Positions 34,245 to 46,048 of a stretch of 64,000 nt of DNA are shown in pieces. The DNA is taken from the IMG/VR virus record IMGVR_UViG_2806310659_000001, positions 1 through 64,000 of that record; one strand, 5' to 3'. Source of the stretch: a virus (taxonomy: Duplodnaviria > Caudoviricetes). The notes beneath the pieces were generated by a model that saw nothing but the letters and a program-made list of their open reading frames with translations, searched no databases and was not told where the DNA came from. Each line of letters opens with the position of its first letter. The first letter of the stretch is position 1. Made by a program: the position numbers and the translations under genes.

Positions 34245-35903
34245 CTACTTCGTCAGTTGAACGACGAAATAGCTGGAATGATCGAAGGTGTAGACCCGCA
34301 GCACGTCAACCTCATTCGGCAAGGTGGTCAACGACAGCGGAACAGGAACGGCATAGGCATTTTCGGGCAGCGTTACCGTCCCGGGCGCTCCAGAGCCGGG
34401 CTGAATGAGCAGAAGGTCGTAGACCGCGTGACCAGTAAGGCCAGTGTTCTCAAAGGTGAGCGTGTTGTTGCCGTTGGCGAGCTGAGTGATAAAGGCATTG
34501 CCGCTCTCCAGGTGGACCGTGCCGTTATCAACGAAACCGGCGCCACCGGACATCGCGCCGCCATAGGAGAGGGTCTGCGGTGAGACCATCCGCCCGAATG
34601 TGGCGTCGATATTCCTGAACCCGGCGAAGCTGAACCAGCCATGCTGTGTGCCGGCGGTCCAGTCGCTAAAGCCGGTGACACGGAAGAAGTTGATGATGCC
34701 GCTGGCCCAGATGAAGGCGCCTGCGCCGAGGTTCAGCGTGACGTGCCCCGGAGTAGCACTTTCCGCCATGCCACCGTTCTCGATTCCAATGAACAATTGG
34801 CAGGTTTCAATCCGCGCCGTGTCCGAATCGGTGGCGCCAACGGTGAGGGCCACGCCCGTATTGGTATCGGAGGCCGTCAAGGTCTCATTGCGGGTGCCGA
34901 AGCCGCCACTGGCGTGGCAGTTGTAGCAGTTTCCGCGGATGGTCAAAGACGAATGGGTCATGATGCCGTTGCGGATGACAACGCCGTTCTGGTTGGCGTA
35001 TGCCTTGATCGTGAACGACCAGTCACTATAGGAGAAACTGGGGTCTCCAGTCACGCTGTGCTCGAAGACCACCGCGGTGTCGCAGTTGTCGATCGTGGCG
35101 GCGCATTGGGCGCGCTCGCTGAGCTGCTTGGTGTTCTCCAGTCGGATTCCCACGCAGCCCGCCGCGGCAAAGTCGCAAATCCACACATCGCGGATACGCA
35201 TGTTGTAAAGGTCGCCGGCATGGATACCGGTGCTGTTGGCGCCGGCGGAGAAGCCCATGATCTTCAGGCCCGAGATGAGGCCGGTCTTTGAGGGCGGGAA
35301 GATCGTATCCGGATCGTAGAGTCGAATGCAGTCGCCCGTCCCTACCCAGTCAAGTGTCGTCTGCTCGATGCCCTGCCCCTTGAGGGCCTGGTTTCCGGCG
35401 AGGGTAATCGTTTGGGAGAGGGTGTACTTACCGATGCCGAATTGCAGAATGCCCGGGCTCGACCCCATCGCGTCCAGCGCCGCCGCTACCGCGGCGTCCG
35501 AATGCACGGTCCCCGTGGCGTCGGCGCCAAAGCTGTCCACGTGGTATATCCGGGCCTCCTCGCCCTCACCGACCTCCACGGCGCCGTCGTGCGACCAGTA
35601 GAGAGCGCGGGCGACCTTGCGGACCTCGAAAATGACCTGCTGTCCGCGGCTCGACAATGTCACCGGAGCAGCGCTGCCGTCCAGGAAGGCGTCACCCGGC
35701 GCCGGCGAAATAGACACGGCATTGGCGGAGCCGTCCACCTTGCGAACCACTACGGTGTCGCCCGGGCGGACGCTCGACAAGTTCGGCAGTGCCGGCGAAA
35801 GGGGGCCGGCCGATGCGTCGTACGGATTGACCAAGCCAGCGAATGGCGGGGTGGATGTCGAGCGGACTGAAGTAGTACCTAAACGGTCAACCTGAGCTGT
35901 CAA
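34245..35903 (-). CDS. Pectate-lyase-like parallel beta-helix protein (depolymerase/tailspike-like)
   Basis: VDSFGADATG...SDAAVAAAL...G.Y.L...L.GQG...T.L signature. Confidence 0.75.
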   Translation of the reverse strand: MTAQVDRLGTTSVRSTSTPPFAGLVNPYDASAGPLSPALPNLSSVRPGDTVVVRKVDGSANAVSISPAPGDAFLDGSAAPVTLSSRGQQVIFEVRKVARALYWSHDGAVEVGEGEEARIYHVDSFGADATGTVHSDAAVAAALDAMGSSPGILQFGIGKYTLSQTITLAGNQALKGQGIEQTTLDWVGTGDCIRLYDPDTIFPPSKTGLISGLKIMGFSAGANSTGIHAGDLYNMRIRDVWICDFAAAGCVGIRLENTKQLSERAQCAATIDNCDTAVVFEHSVTGDPSFSYSDWSFTIKAYANQNGVVIRNGIMTHSSLTIRGNCYNCHASGGFGTRNETLTASDTNTGVALTVGATDSDTARIETCQLFIGIENGGMAESATPGHVTLNLGAGAFIWASGIINFFRVTGFSDWTAGTQHGWFSFAGFRNIDATFGRMVSPQTLSYGGAMSGGAGFVDNGTVHLESGNAFITQLANGNNTLTFENTGLTGHAVYDLLLIQPGSGAPGTVTLPENAYAVPVPLSLTTLPNEVDVLRVYTFDHSSYFVVQLTK

Positions 35904-36215
35904 GGGGGGACCTCTTTCGGGTCATTGGGGGCTGAATTGACAGCCGATTTCCCGGGAAAATCTGGTGGAGAGAGAGCGGGCGCTGTGCGGATCGAGGCGG
36001 GCGCGCTGGGCGCGGAGGGGTACCCGCCAGGGGTGGTGACCATCTACCTGCACGGATGGTCGCAATGGCCTCTCATTTGCCCGCTGGCGCACGTTCAGGC
36101 GTTGCCCTTGTCATCGGTCATGCCCATCCCTATTCGTCGCTGTGTGTGCATGGGCAGAGCGTTGTGCGGTAGGTACTGATTGCATGATGTGTTGAAAGAA
36201 TTTCTTGCGTATGAG

Positions 36216-36245
36216 TTGACACATACCCATGCATGGGCGTAGTGT
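36216..36245 (+). promoter_or_regulatory. Sigma-A-like promoter, probably giving a leaderless transcript
   Basis: TTGACA, 18 nt, TAGTGT; ATG at 36253; palindrome CCCATGCATGGG in the spacer. Confidence 0.7.
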
Positions 36246-36252
36246 CCTATGC

Positions 36253-38170
36253 ATGAGCACCAAGAGCGCGCGAGACCTACGAGCTGGCGACGTGGTACAG
36301 GTCAATGCACAGACCGCATGGCGTATCACCGAGATCACCCGTCTCACCGACAAGGCGATCAGCTACAACGCAACGTATGTGCAATGCGACTGGTCGCCAG
36401 CACGGATCGGCACTACGGTCACGTACAGGCATCGACTCGGTACACAGGTGGTCGTGCGATGACCGCCACTATCCGCGAGATCAAGCCCCAAGAGTTTGTG
36501 ATCCGCTATGACGGGCACACACTGAGGCAGCACTACTTCACACGCCCGGCCGCTGAGTATGCGGCAGCACAGTTAGGGGTTATGCGATGAACGTTTCACA
36601 CACCATCACGATTACAGATGACCGCGACGGTTGCACCTACACCCGCGACTACATCAACTCGGCCGACTGGTCGCACGACGTACACGACATGCTGGGCATT
36701 GTTCTGCCGGGCGTTGTCCCCCACTTCGCAGACCTCCGTAATTCCTACGGTGGCGGCGAGGCTAGCGGGCCGCTATTCGACGCTGATGGCGTTATCGTGG
36801 GCCGCTACGAATCCAAAGACTTGGGCACCAAGTAACCACAACCACGGAGGGGTAACACCATGTCACAGCAAGCCACCCGGTTACGTCGCAAGTACACGCG
36901 GGCACAGATACGGACGGATCTTAATGCGCGGGAGTATGCGCGGGAGGTTTACTACTACCAGAGGAAGGCGGTTTAGCCCATGGACCCGAATGCAACGCTC
37001 GAAATGATCCGCGAACAACTCAAGGCCTTCTATGCGGAGCGCGATGCGGAGTTCGACGCTATCGCACTGGCCGACATGGTGGCAGCGCTAGATGACTGGT
37101 TGTCGCGCGGCGGTTTCCTGCCGGACGCATGGAAGGGTCAAACCTACTCGCGGCCAGATATCGTTAACGGTACCGGCTGGACACGCGGTGCGCGCTTTAG
37201 GCAGGTCTGACATGTCCTACCTCGCCCGCTACTCAGTAGCCATCTTCGCCATTGCGTCGGCATTGTTCGGCCTCGGCATGGGTGCGAGCGGCATAGACCA
37301 GCTCGCGCAGTATCAACACCAGCATCCCGAAATATCAATCTGAGCACTACCCCCACGGAATAGGGAGTTAGAACCATGGCACGGCAGCACACTACCGGCA
37401 GTATTTGCGTTGACTGCCTCATGTTGACGGCTAACGGTGAAATGCCGCCCGACCTTACCGAGTCGCAGTGTCACAATTACGTACGAGCAATCGAGTCGCA
37501 TCCCAACTACGGGGCAGAGATGACGCTAGGTCACCTGCACGATAGCCCTGACGCTCAGTGCTGGCACGCTGGCGAAGAATGCGGGGATGACTGCGAGTGT
37601 GAGCGGACTACGTTTAGCTCACGCGAGTGCGACGTGTGCGGCTCAGACTTGGCCGGCGAACGCCACGACGTGACATTTTGGTGGGACGAATGACCGCCAT
37701 GTCCGAGCTAGCCACAGAGCTAGACCTTAACTGGATCGAGACCCATGATGGTTACGAACACATCAGCGGTGAATACGTCATGCTGTGGTGGAACAGTAAC
37801 CGGGAGAATGTGAGCCTTTACCGCATGGTGAGGGGTGAGCTGCGATTGCTTGACAGCGGCAGCGTGTCGGACGCGCTCGCGGTGGTGCGATGGGAGTCGG
37901 GACGGTGATTGAACGCGGTAGGACGGTTCATGTTCGTAACACGCGGCCGAGCGGGTGGGTCGGCACTGTCCGGTCACTGACCGGGACGACGTACACGATT
38001 GTCGCGCCGAATGGCGCGCGGAAGTTTGTCGACTACACGAGGCAGGAGGTTACAGCGCTGTGACGAAGTTTCTGGTGTCGCTGATGATTGGGTGCGTCAT
38101 TGCCATCGCGGCATTGCCAAGTGATCAAGAGCTGGCCAGTGTGCCGGCCTATTCGGAGGAGCAACCATGA
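36253..38170 (+). other. Small early-type ORFs (36253-36462, 36459-36590, 36587-36835, 36860-36976, 36980-37210, 37212-37343, 37376-37693 Cys-rich, 37690-37908)
   Basis: Co-oriented, mostly translationally coupled short ORFs behind the promoter. Confidence 0.65.
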
Positions 38171-38580
38171 CCGATCAGACGCTTAACGACCAGATGGAAT
38201 TCGGCCGTGTTATCCAAGTCCACGCGGACGGTACCGTTACCCACCCGAAGGGCGTTTACGGCCCCGAAGTTGTCTATGTAGAGCTGGACAGTGACGGGCA
38301 GATGATCGGCAGTGACAGCCGCGACGGAACCGATGTGCTCGTGGACAGGTGGGACGGCTGGGAGTACATGCAGGGCTATACCGGACAGTATCTGAGTACT
38401 AGCCGAAGTTTCATCATGCATGCGTCCGAATATATCGGCGGACGAATGGAGCGCGACATACTGGCGCGGCCGGGCTATTACGTCGCGGTGGTCGTTGACG
38501 GCCTGCCGCCTACGGAGGAGTTCAACCCTAACGAGGATTACAACGTAGGCTGGGCTGTCGCATATCAGCGTATGCCTTGA
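38167..38580 (+). CDS. Hypothetical early protein
   Basis: GGAG RBS; GYTGQY...MHASEYIGG motif. Confidence 0.7.
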   Translation: MTDQTLNDQMEFGRVIQVHADGTVTHPKGVYGPEVVYVELDSDGQMIGSDSRDGTDVLVDRWDGWEYMQGYTGQYLSTSRSFIMHASEYIGGRMERDILARPGYYVAVVVDGLPPTEEFNPNEDYNVGWAVAYQRMP

Positions 38581-38605
38581 CACATACGCACCTATCTACT
38601 ACCAT
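38577..38605 (+). promoter_or_regulatory. Second sigma-A-like promoter
   Basis: TTGACA, 17 nt, TACCAT; shares TTGACACATAC with the 36216 promoter. Confidence 0.7.
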
Positions 38606-38639
38606 CAGAGATACCAACACCACGGAAGGGTGACAGACA

Positions 38640-39011
38640 ATGAGTGAACGAGACCGCGAAATACTCGCAAAGCACGTTGAGGGCACGGCCAACACCATTC
38701 GCCAGTATGTAGACATACTGGAAGGCGAATCATCGCCAGCCGGCCGAGAGGCTATTTACGCGCTGGCGCACGATGAGGGCGTAGACCCCGACGACTTCGA
38801 CTACACGGAGTCATTGCAGGAATGGCCGCTCGAAATCGTTGACGAGCGCGGCCGAGAGTTCGCCGTGGTCCTGTCAACAGGCGGTCCGCATGTCGAGGTA
38901 GTGGCGGACGGTCTGTCTAGCCCGCGCCTTGAGGGCTATTGGGGCGGTGAGCGGGTTACCCGTTACGGCGACTACCTGAGCACGTTTCTCGACTACTTTA
39001 TTGAGCGCTAG
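38640..39011 (+). CDS. Acidic hypothetical early protein
   Basis: LSTGGP...GYWGG motif; D/E-rich. Confidence 0.7.
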   Translation: MSERDREILAKHVEGTANTIRQYVDILEGESSPAGREAIYALAHDEGVDPDDFDYTESLQEWPLEIVDERGREFAVVLSTGGPHVEVVADGLSSPRLEGYWGGERVTRYGDYLSTFLDYFIER

Positions 39012-39024
39012 GGAGGTTTTAACG

Positions 39025-39456
39025 ATGAATATCAGAGAGTACGTCGAAGCTAAGGGCTGGCACGTCGAGGTATTAGAAGATCACGGCTTACAGGATCGCG
39101 ACCCGTTCAACTACGTTGACGCTCCGCCGGCGAAATGGCAGCACTACAGCTACCGGGTGCGTGTCCACAACGGCAACGGTCAGCATTTCGACAGCCCATG
39201 GGCGCAAGGCACCGCGATTACGGCCAGCCCTACCGAGCAGGTCGCCGAGATTGTCGATAGCCTACTTAGCGACGTATGGTCGTACCAGCAGGCGCGCGAC
39301 TTTGAAGATTGGGCGCTGGACTTCGGATACGACACAGACTCGCGCAAGGCCGAGAAGCTGTACCGGCAGATAGCGGCAATGGAACCGGGCGTCGTGGCAC
39401 TGTTTGGCGATCAAGACGAGTTTGAACGTGTCGCTACCGAAGTAGAGAGGCTGTGA
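39025..39456 (+). CDS. Hypothetical early protein
   Basis: FEDWA.DFGYDTDSRKAEK.Y motif. Confidence 0.7.
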   Translation: MNIREYVEAKGWHVEVLEDHGLQDRDPFNYVDAPPAKWQHYSYRVRVHNGNGQHFDSPWAQGTAITASPTEQVAEIVDSLLSDVWSYQQARDFEDWALDFGYDTDSRKAEKLYRQIAAMEPGVVALFGDQDEFERVATEVERL

Positions 39457-40103
39457 CCATGCACGAACTTGACTCGCAAACGATCGACACACCGGCCGGC
39501 GAATACCGCGTGACGTGGTATCACGACGAGGACGCCAACCAGCCAGAGGACGAAGGGTTTAACCTCTTGGTCCACGGCTGGGAACGTTACGGCGCGGATA
39601 GCCGGATTGACATTGAATACGGCGGAGGGCATCTAGCCGGCGAGGTTATGTCGGTACTCCTCACCAGCGGAACGAATCGCGAGGACTCGTGGCCGTGGGA
39701 GCTGCGTAGTGGCGCGGCATTAGTCCGCTATCTACGGCTGAAGGACCGCAAGGGTGTCACGCTGGTTGACCTCGACTATCGTCCCGTAGAGCCGTCTAGC
39801 GACCGCTGGCAGCGTGTCTACGGCGTCGCGTGGTCGCCGGATGACGCGACCGATCCTGACGAGTACGTGAAAAACCGTCTAGCCGAATGGCGTGCATGGG
39901 CCGAGGGCGATTGCTTCGGGTGGGTAGTGACCGACCCGACCGGTAGGGAGATTGAGTATGGGTCCGTTTGGGGTTATTACGGCTTTTGGGACGGCGGTCG
40001 CGAATGGTCGCTGGAAGATGCCAAGGGCGAAGCCATAGCGGACGCCGAAAGCAGGATCGAGCAGGCTAACCGTGTTGGTGCCGGGATAGTGGGGTTAGTG
40101 TGA
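39453..40103 (+). CDS. Acidic hypothetical early protein
   Basis: WAEGDCFG...SVWGYYG motif. Confidence 0.7.
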   Translation: MTMHELDSQTIDTPAGEYRVTWYHDEDANQPEDEGFNLLVHGWERYGADSRIDIEYGGGHLAGEVMSVLLTSGTNREDSWPWELRSGAALVRYLRLKDRKGVTLVDLDYRPVEPSSDRWQRVYGVAWSPDDATDPDEYVKNRLAEWRAWAEGDCFGWVVTDPTGREIEYGSVWGYYGFWDGGREWSLEDAKGEAIADAESRIEQANRVGAGIVGLV

Positions 40104-40867
40104 TGGCCCACGAGTTTAAGCCCTACGCCGATAACCCTGACTACTGCGTAGCGGAACTGCCAGATAGTGGTGACACGTGCAATCGGCCGCGCGAAGATCA
40201 CACCGTGCACTGGACCGTAACAGATTTCAAGGGCAATAGCGTCCAGTTTGACGGTGGGCGCGACTTACACATCGCCCTGGACATAGCCTATGGTCAATAC
40301 CGAGTGTCGCTTTACGGCAACGCTGAGCATTGGGAAATTGTTAATAGTGCCGGTGACCGATACCCGCGCGAGTCTGAATATGACTGGCAGGTTAATGAGT
40401 ACGGGTATGAGCGATGACTGAGCTATGGGAGATTCTGTTTCCGGGGCACAGTTGTCACGTCGGGGCTGTCTATTTGCCATGCGGCGCGCCAGATGGCGAT
40501 GTAATCCGCGCGGCCAAAGATCGATACGGCCGAAGGGCTCTTGCCTACCGCCGTAGCGGTGACGAGACATGGACGACGATTGAGCACGAGAGGATTTACT
40601 AGCATGGTCAAGATCTACAAGACTCTAACCCCGCGCCAGTATGTGCGCGAGTATGGCGCACGAGTGCCCATCGGAATCCAGACAGTGAAGGTGCCCGTTT
40701 TCAATGTACGTCTAGCCAAGCATGGCAGAACGCACAAGCAGGACGGCGACCGCGATGGCGATTACACCGTATGCGGGCTGCCGATTACTCCTGACGCGGT
40801 AGCGGGCAGGGAAGTTACGTGCCAGGGATGCATCCGCGGGCTGCGCGCTTGGATCGATCAGCCATGA
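40100..40867 (+). other. Small ORFs (40100-40417, 40414-40602, 40604-40867)
   Basis: Coupled short ORFs. Confidence 0.6.
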
Positions 40868-41091
40868 CCGTAGACCTTAAAGCCATCCGCACTACCGCCG
40901 GCCTCACCCCGACAGAGATGGCCGCGCAATTGGGGCTCAGCCCTCGCAGCGGGCGCATAACCGTCTCGTTGATGGAGGGCCGGGACGATTGGCTACTGTC
41001 GTCGCTGTCCGCCTACTTCAAGGCGTGCGGGGCGGTAGCGGAGTTGGTTGTGACGGTAGAAGGTGACGAGTTTAGGTTTACCGTCGCGTAG
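40864..41091 (+). CDS. XRE-type helix-turn-helix DNA-binding protein
   Basis: LKAIRTTAGLTPTEMAAQLG...VSLMEGR.D..LSSLSAYF.A.G. Confidence 0.75.
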   Translation: MTVDLKAIRTTAGLTPTEMAAQLGLSPRSGRITVSLMEGRDDWLLSSLSAYFKACGAVAELVVTVEGDEFRFTVA

Positions 41092-41127
41092 GGACGGTTT
41101 GATTACCCACGGAAGGGAGTAAGTAAC

Positions 41128-42520
41128 ATGGGAAACCCGGCAATGTACAGCGGTATGCTGGCCGAACTGCTAGACAACGTGCTAGGCGAATTTGAGGAGA
41201 CAACGGCCAACCTGGGAGAAGAAGCGTCAATCGAGGATTACGCGGCCGATGTTGTCAGCATGCTAAACCGTTACTACCTAGAACCGGACCCGCTCGCGGA
41301 CCGGAATGAGAGCTACAAACCACCAACGTTCATTGTGGACGTGATGGGTGACGACGCATGACCACCGGAATCGTCCTCCTGGCGACGTTCTCGCCAATCT
41401 GGATACAACTATTGGTCAATGGCGCAAAGTGGCCCAGCGGGCGAATCACGGTCGTTAAGCGGCGCGGGGAGATTTGGATAGGGCGCGTGGGATTCTTCTA
41501 TCACAAGCTGTACGGCGTCGAGACTCCGCGATTCTCGCTATACGGTCCATCGCCGAAGTTCAAACGGGAGCTTGAACGGATTAGGATGGGGCGATGAGTA
41601 TGCGTTCCGTAGGCCGTAAGGCTATGTTCTGCGTACTCGCGGCGCTAGTGTTCCTGTCGGCGCCCGACGCTAAGGCTGACCCGAGCTGTCACCCTGGCGC
41701 GTGGAACAACACGTGCGGGACATGGCCCGGGCAATTACAGCCAACATGGGAAGTACCGCCCTACGGCGGATGGGGCTACGGGCCGCGGTCACCGATCGCG
41801 TGCAATCCGATTGACCTCACCTGCCAGCCGTACACATGATCTGGCTTATCGTCGGCCTCGTCGGGGTCGGGCTGATCATCCTTGGCCATGTTGCCGAAGG
41901 GTGGCAGGTTGAACCTGTGGACGACGACCAGCCGGAACCGGACGAGACGCCAACCGAAGTGCTCGACTGGAATGGCGACCCGATAGTGGACTTGGATCTG
42001 TAAGGAGGGTATGAAAGTGAGTCACGTTACCTGGACGGAGGACACCCCGAGGGGGGTTGTGCAGGTTACATGGAACGGTGTCACATACATGGTGGACGGG
42101 GTAGTTGTGCCGCCAGAACGCTACACTGTGGCCATTGCGACGGGGAATTGGTGATGAGGATGCGCAGCGGCCGGCGCAGAAGGGGCAGCGCGGGCCAGGG
42201 GGCGAAGGGCGTGCTGGCCGGCATAGCGGTTGTGCTAGCCCTGTCAGCGGGTACACATGCCTGTGACGAGCAGAGAGCGATACACCAGGAGGTCCGTAGT
42301 GTCGAACGATAGTGTCTACGTAGCGCACATCGTAGCTATTAACGGCATTGGCTACATGAGTGCCCACCGCTCATTCCAAACGGCAGAGCAGGCACTCGTA
42401 GACAAGGCGATTGATTGGGGGTTCAATAGCCACGGCGAACGACTTGAGGTTGTAGACGACCTGGACGACAACCCCTACGTCCGCAGTTACGGCGTCAGCC
42501 ATCTTCCGATCGAAGCGTAG
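41128..42520 (+). other. Small ORFs (41128-41361 acidic, 41358-41597, 41594-41839 secreted Cys/Pro-rich, 42154-42312, ~42299-42520)
   Basis: Short co-oriented ORFs; signal-peptide-like AKADP in 41594-41839. Confidence 0.55.
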
Positions 42521-42613
42521 GGCTACATCATGCAGGTTGACTATTGGCCGTACGCGGTGGCGTCGCTATTCGTCATACTGCTGATCGGAATGAAGAAGTT
42601 CGGATAGGAGGCA

Positions 42614-44385
42614 CTATGTTGCACTACCTGCTGGTGATGGTCCGCCGGGGACTGTTTCAACAGCCCCGCAAGCATGGCTAAACGTCGCGCTGTACGGAGA
42701 TGACACCGCGCGAGGAGCCACTATCGGCACCCCACAAGCAGACGGGGCTGTCCGCCGGCCAGTCGGGCACGGCGTCAACCAGGCTGCGCAGATCGGCCAG
42801 CGTCCAGTTCTCGCGGACAACCTCGTGAATGTCGCGGGTGGTGTCAGCCATTTGATCCCTTCAACTTCTTGATCGGTAGCCAGTCGCTCACACAACACGA
42901 CACCGCGATAGCGCCGGGGTAGGCGGCTGCGGTCTCGTGGGCGAGCACTTCGGAAGCGACGCGCACGACGCGGTTCAGGTCGGGGTATTGCACGCCGTAC
43001 CAGGTTCGGACGGTCGGGAGAATCTGCACGTCAAAGTCCTTCACAATCGCCAGACCTGCCCGCACGAGCAGTGAACCAGATAGAGCCACATCGTCTTGTC
43101 GAGGTGTTGGCGGTGTCGACACACGCTGCGGTGCCACCACATGAGGAGTTCGATCATTCGTCATCCTCGAAGTAATGGGTGCCACGACCGCAACCGCAAT
43201 CACCATTGTCAGCGATTGGGAAGTTGCACTCGGTGCAGTAGAAGGGGCTCATTCGGCCCACGCTGCGTCGTGAACGTTGTCAACGATCAGACAGAACCAT
43301 TCCGGATCTGTTGCACGGCCTGCGACGACAATCCACACCGAGTCGTCCCGGCAGTAGTCGTCGACCGTAACCGGCAGGCCGAGCAGTGAGCGATAGACAC
43401 TATCGCGCGGACCCATCGTCAAGGGGCCTCGGATTAGGTCAGATGATGCACTCGCCGGCGTGTTCACATCGCCACCATTCGCATTTGTCGTCGTTGCAAA
43501 TGTTGATCGGCTTGGTGTCGATCAATTCGAGAAGGTCAGCGTCGTCAACGTCCACGCGGATCACCTTCCAGATAGAAACCGTGCTCTGCCATGTGCTCAA
43601 CCAGGCGGCCCTCTGCCGCGGCGCGGTTGATATCCTCCTGGCCCCACCGGGGTCCAAGGAACACATCCCTACCGGGGATTAGGGCGGGGCCGAGGTCATT
43701 CACCGCAGAACCAATCCCATGCCGACTCGGCTAAATCGCCCAACGATGATTCGCAAAACCAATTCCATGATGATTCGGCCAGCCCCACGCGGTCACTCAC
43801 GATCCCACCAACACTCGCCGGGCGATACGCTCCACATTGAAGTTGGACACGTTGCCGGCCAGGGTCGAGGTGGGAACGTCCACGTCGCTTTCGGTCCACT
43901 GGCCGTTCTTGGCGCGCTTACCGCGACGCTCAGTGCGAACGGTCTGCTTGTTGGCCAGGAGCGACCCGAGAATCTGTTGGTCGATGAGGTTGGCTTTCGC
44001 AACCGGCTTGGGGGTCATCGGCGGCGCTTCCGGTAGGGGCATTCGGGGAGTTTCGTCTTGTTGCCGAACACATCTTCGGCCGGCATGTAGCCGATCGTCT
44101 TGTTGCAATGCGGACACTTGTTCATGCGAAATCGTCCTCCTCGTCTTCGCCCTCTTCTTCGGACATGAACTGGTGGAACATTTCCAGATAGGTTGGCGAC
44201 AAGGTGAAAGCGCGAGCCCACTCGATCAGCTCAAGCGCCTTGCCCATCTCGATATCTTCGCCGTCGCCCCCGTAGCTGAAGTCGTCCTTATGGATCACCC
44301 CATCGGCGTCCATGTATTCGACAACCCTGATGACGTTGAGGATCACCGCCGACTTTGGGACAAGTTTCGTAAGGTCATCTCTCAT
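42614..44385 (-). other. Small minus-strand ORFs (42614-42851, 42844-43206, 43249-43467, 43439-43666, 43696-43800, 43797-44018, 44015-44125, 44122-44385)
   Basis: Coupled short ORFs converging on the early cluster. Confidence 0.5.
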
Positions 44386-44801
44386 TGGAACCAGTCCTTG
44401 CTCGTGCGGGGTTGCTGCTTGTCGTTGCCGGCGCCGCGGCTGATGTTGCACCGCAGGTGAGTGGCTTCCAGGTTGCGCGGATCGGTTAGAAGAGGCGACC
44501 CGGGCGGGAGCTTGTCGACGGGAATCTTGTGGTCGGCGGAGGCGGACCAGGGGTTCGGCTTGCGGCCGTGCGACTTGTCGCAGTCAGGTCCGCAAATGGT
44601 CGGAATCTCGTGGGCGGTGTCGACGGTGTATGCGGAGGTGTCCACGCGCCGGCAGATCGGGCGGAGCTTCTTGTCGATGGCCTGACCACAGCGGGCGCAA
44701 ATCGAAGAACCGTTGATGACTATTCGGCGCGAGCGGAGGTAATCCTTCTCGCTGACGCCGCTATACTTTCCGCCGGCCTTGCGTCTGAGGTTTCCGGGCA
44801 A
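44382..44801 (-). CDS. HNH endonuclease (packaging-associated type)
   Basis: CARCG...ADHKIP...NLEATHLRCNISRG. Confidence 0.85.
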   Translation of the reverse strand: MPGNLRRKAGGKYSGVSEKDYLRSRRIVINGSSICARCGQAIDKKLRPICRRVDTSAYTVDTAHEIPTICGPDCDKSHGRKPNPWSASADHKIPVDKLPPGSPLLTDPRNLEATHLRCNISRGAGNDKQQPRTSKDWFQ

Positions 44802-46048
44802 GCGACCTCTTTCAAGTTCAACGGCTCCGCAAGCATCAACTGCACAAAGTGCTGGCGCAGAACTTTGGCCACCAGCGAGAGCGCGCCATCGTCGTAGGCG
44901 TGGGTCAGCTCTCCCGAATAGACGGTGGGCCTGCGCTTCGTGGTACCGCACTGAAATTCACCGATGGTCCAGTCGTACGTGTACTCCCCGGCGTCGGTCA
45001 TGGGCTCGTCGCGACGGACGATAGCCACCTCGCCGATTTGGGTGGAGTTCACCATCAGCGGGAACCAGAGGGCCATTTACCTACCGAACGGAAACGGAAT
45101 CAGGCTCTTGATGCCACTCACCACAGAAGACACGATGGAGGTAACCGATCCGGTGACCGTCTGTCCGAGCGTGGTGATCACGTCATCGGCGCTCGCACTG
45201 ATGTCCTTGCTCAGCGTGTCAATGGTGTGACTGGCGGCCTCGTCGATACGGCCGGAAACCTCATCCGCCACCACATGGGCGAACTTTGCGAGGCGGGCGT
45301 CGAACCACGCATTGAACTTGTCCACTACTCCCCCTTGAGGAATGCCAACACCGGCAGAGGCTTGCGGTCGAACTTCCCGCGTGCCATGCGGGTCGGCGAG
45401 AATCCACCCGTCCGCGGCCGGCGGAATGTGCGACGCCGGCGGCTGCGCAAATGCTGGCCCCACTGGCTGATGAAGCGACGACGGGCGGCACGATTCGGGA
45501 TCGGCGTCCAAACGTCGTCGTCGGAGGGCTCGTATTCGATAAGGGCGTTCAGGCGGTCGCTATCGCTCTTGACTTCGGCGACAGTCACAGGGACTGCCCA
45601 CCGCTCGGTATCCCCGGCTCGACAACCACAATCATCGGAGGGGGCTCGATTGTCACGTCTTGGCCGTATTGTTCGCGGAGTGGCCTGTCCTGGCGGTCCT
45701 TGTATTCCTTCACCTGTTCCCCGGTTTCCTAAGTCCCATGTCCCTCGCCCACGAGCGTTTGGGCTTCCCGGGCTTAGGTTGTCCATACAGATTTGCCATC
45801 GTGGGCGCTTCCGTCATAGTGATGCGCAATTCCCACCGCGGGAAGCGATTCTCCCAGCGGAGGTGGTCGTACTTGCCATTGAGGGGGCGGTACTCCTGCT
45901 CAAGCTCGACGTTGTTGATGACGAATGACGTACCGCGAGCCTTGATAATCGAGGCATAGCCGTGGTGCTCCAGGTTGATGTAATCCCGAAGATCGCCGCA
46001 GGGCATGGCGTCGAGCATTTCCTGACAGGCGCGAGTTACGACGGGCAT
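44720..46048 (-). other. Small hypothetical ORFs (44720-45076, 45077-45325, 45325-45588 Arg-rich, 45710-46048)
   Basis: Packed short ORFs. Confidence 0.55.
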
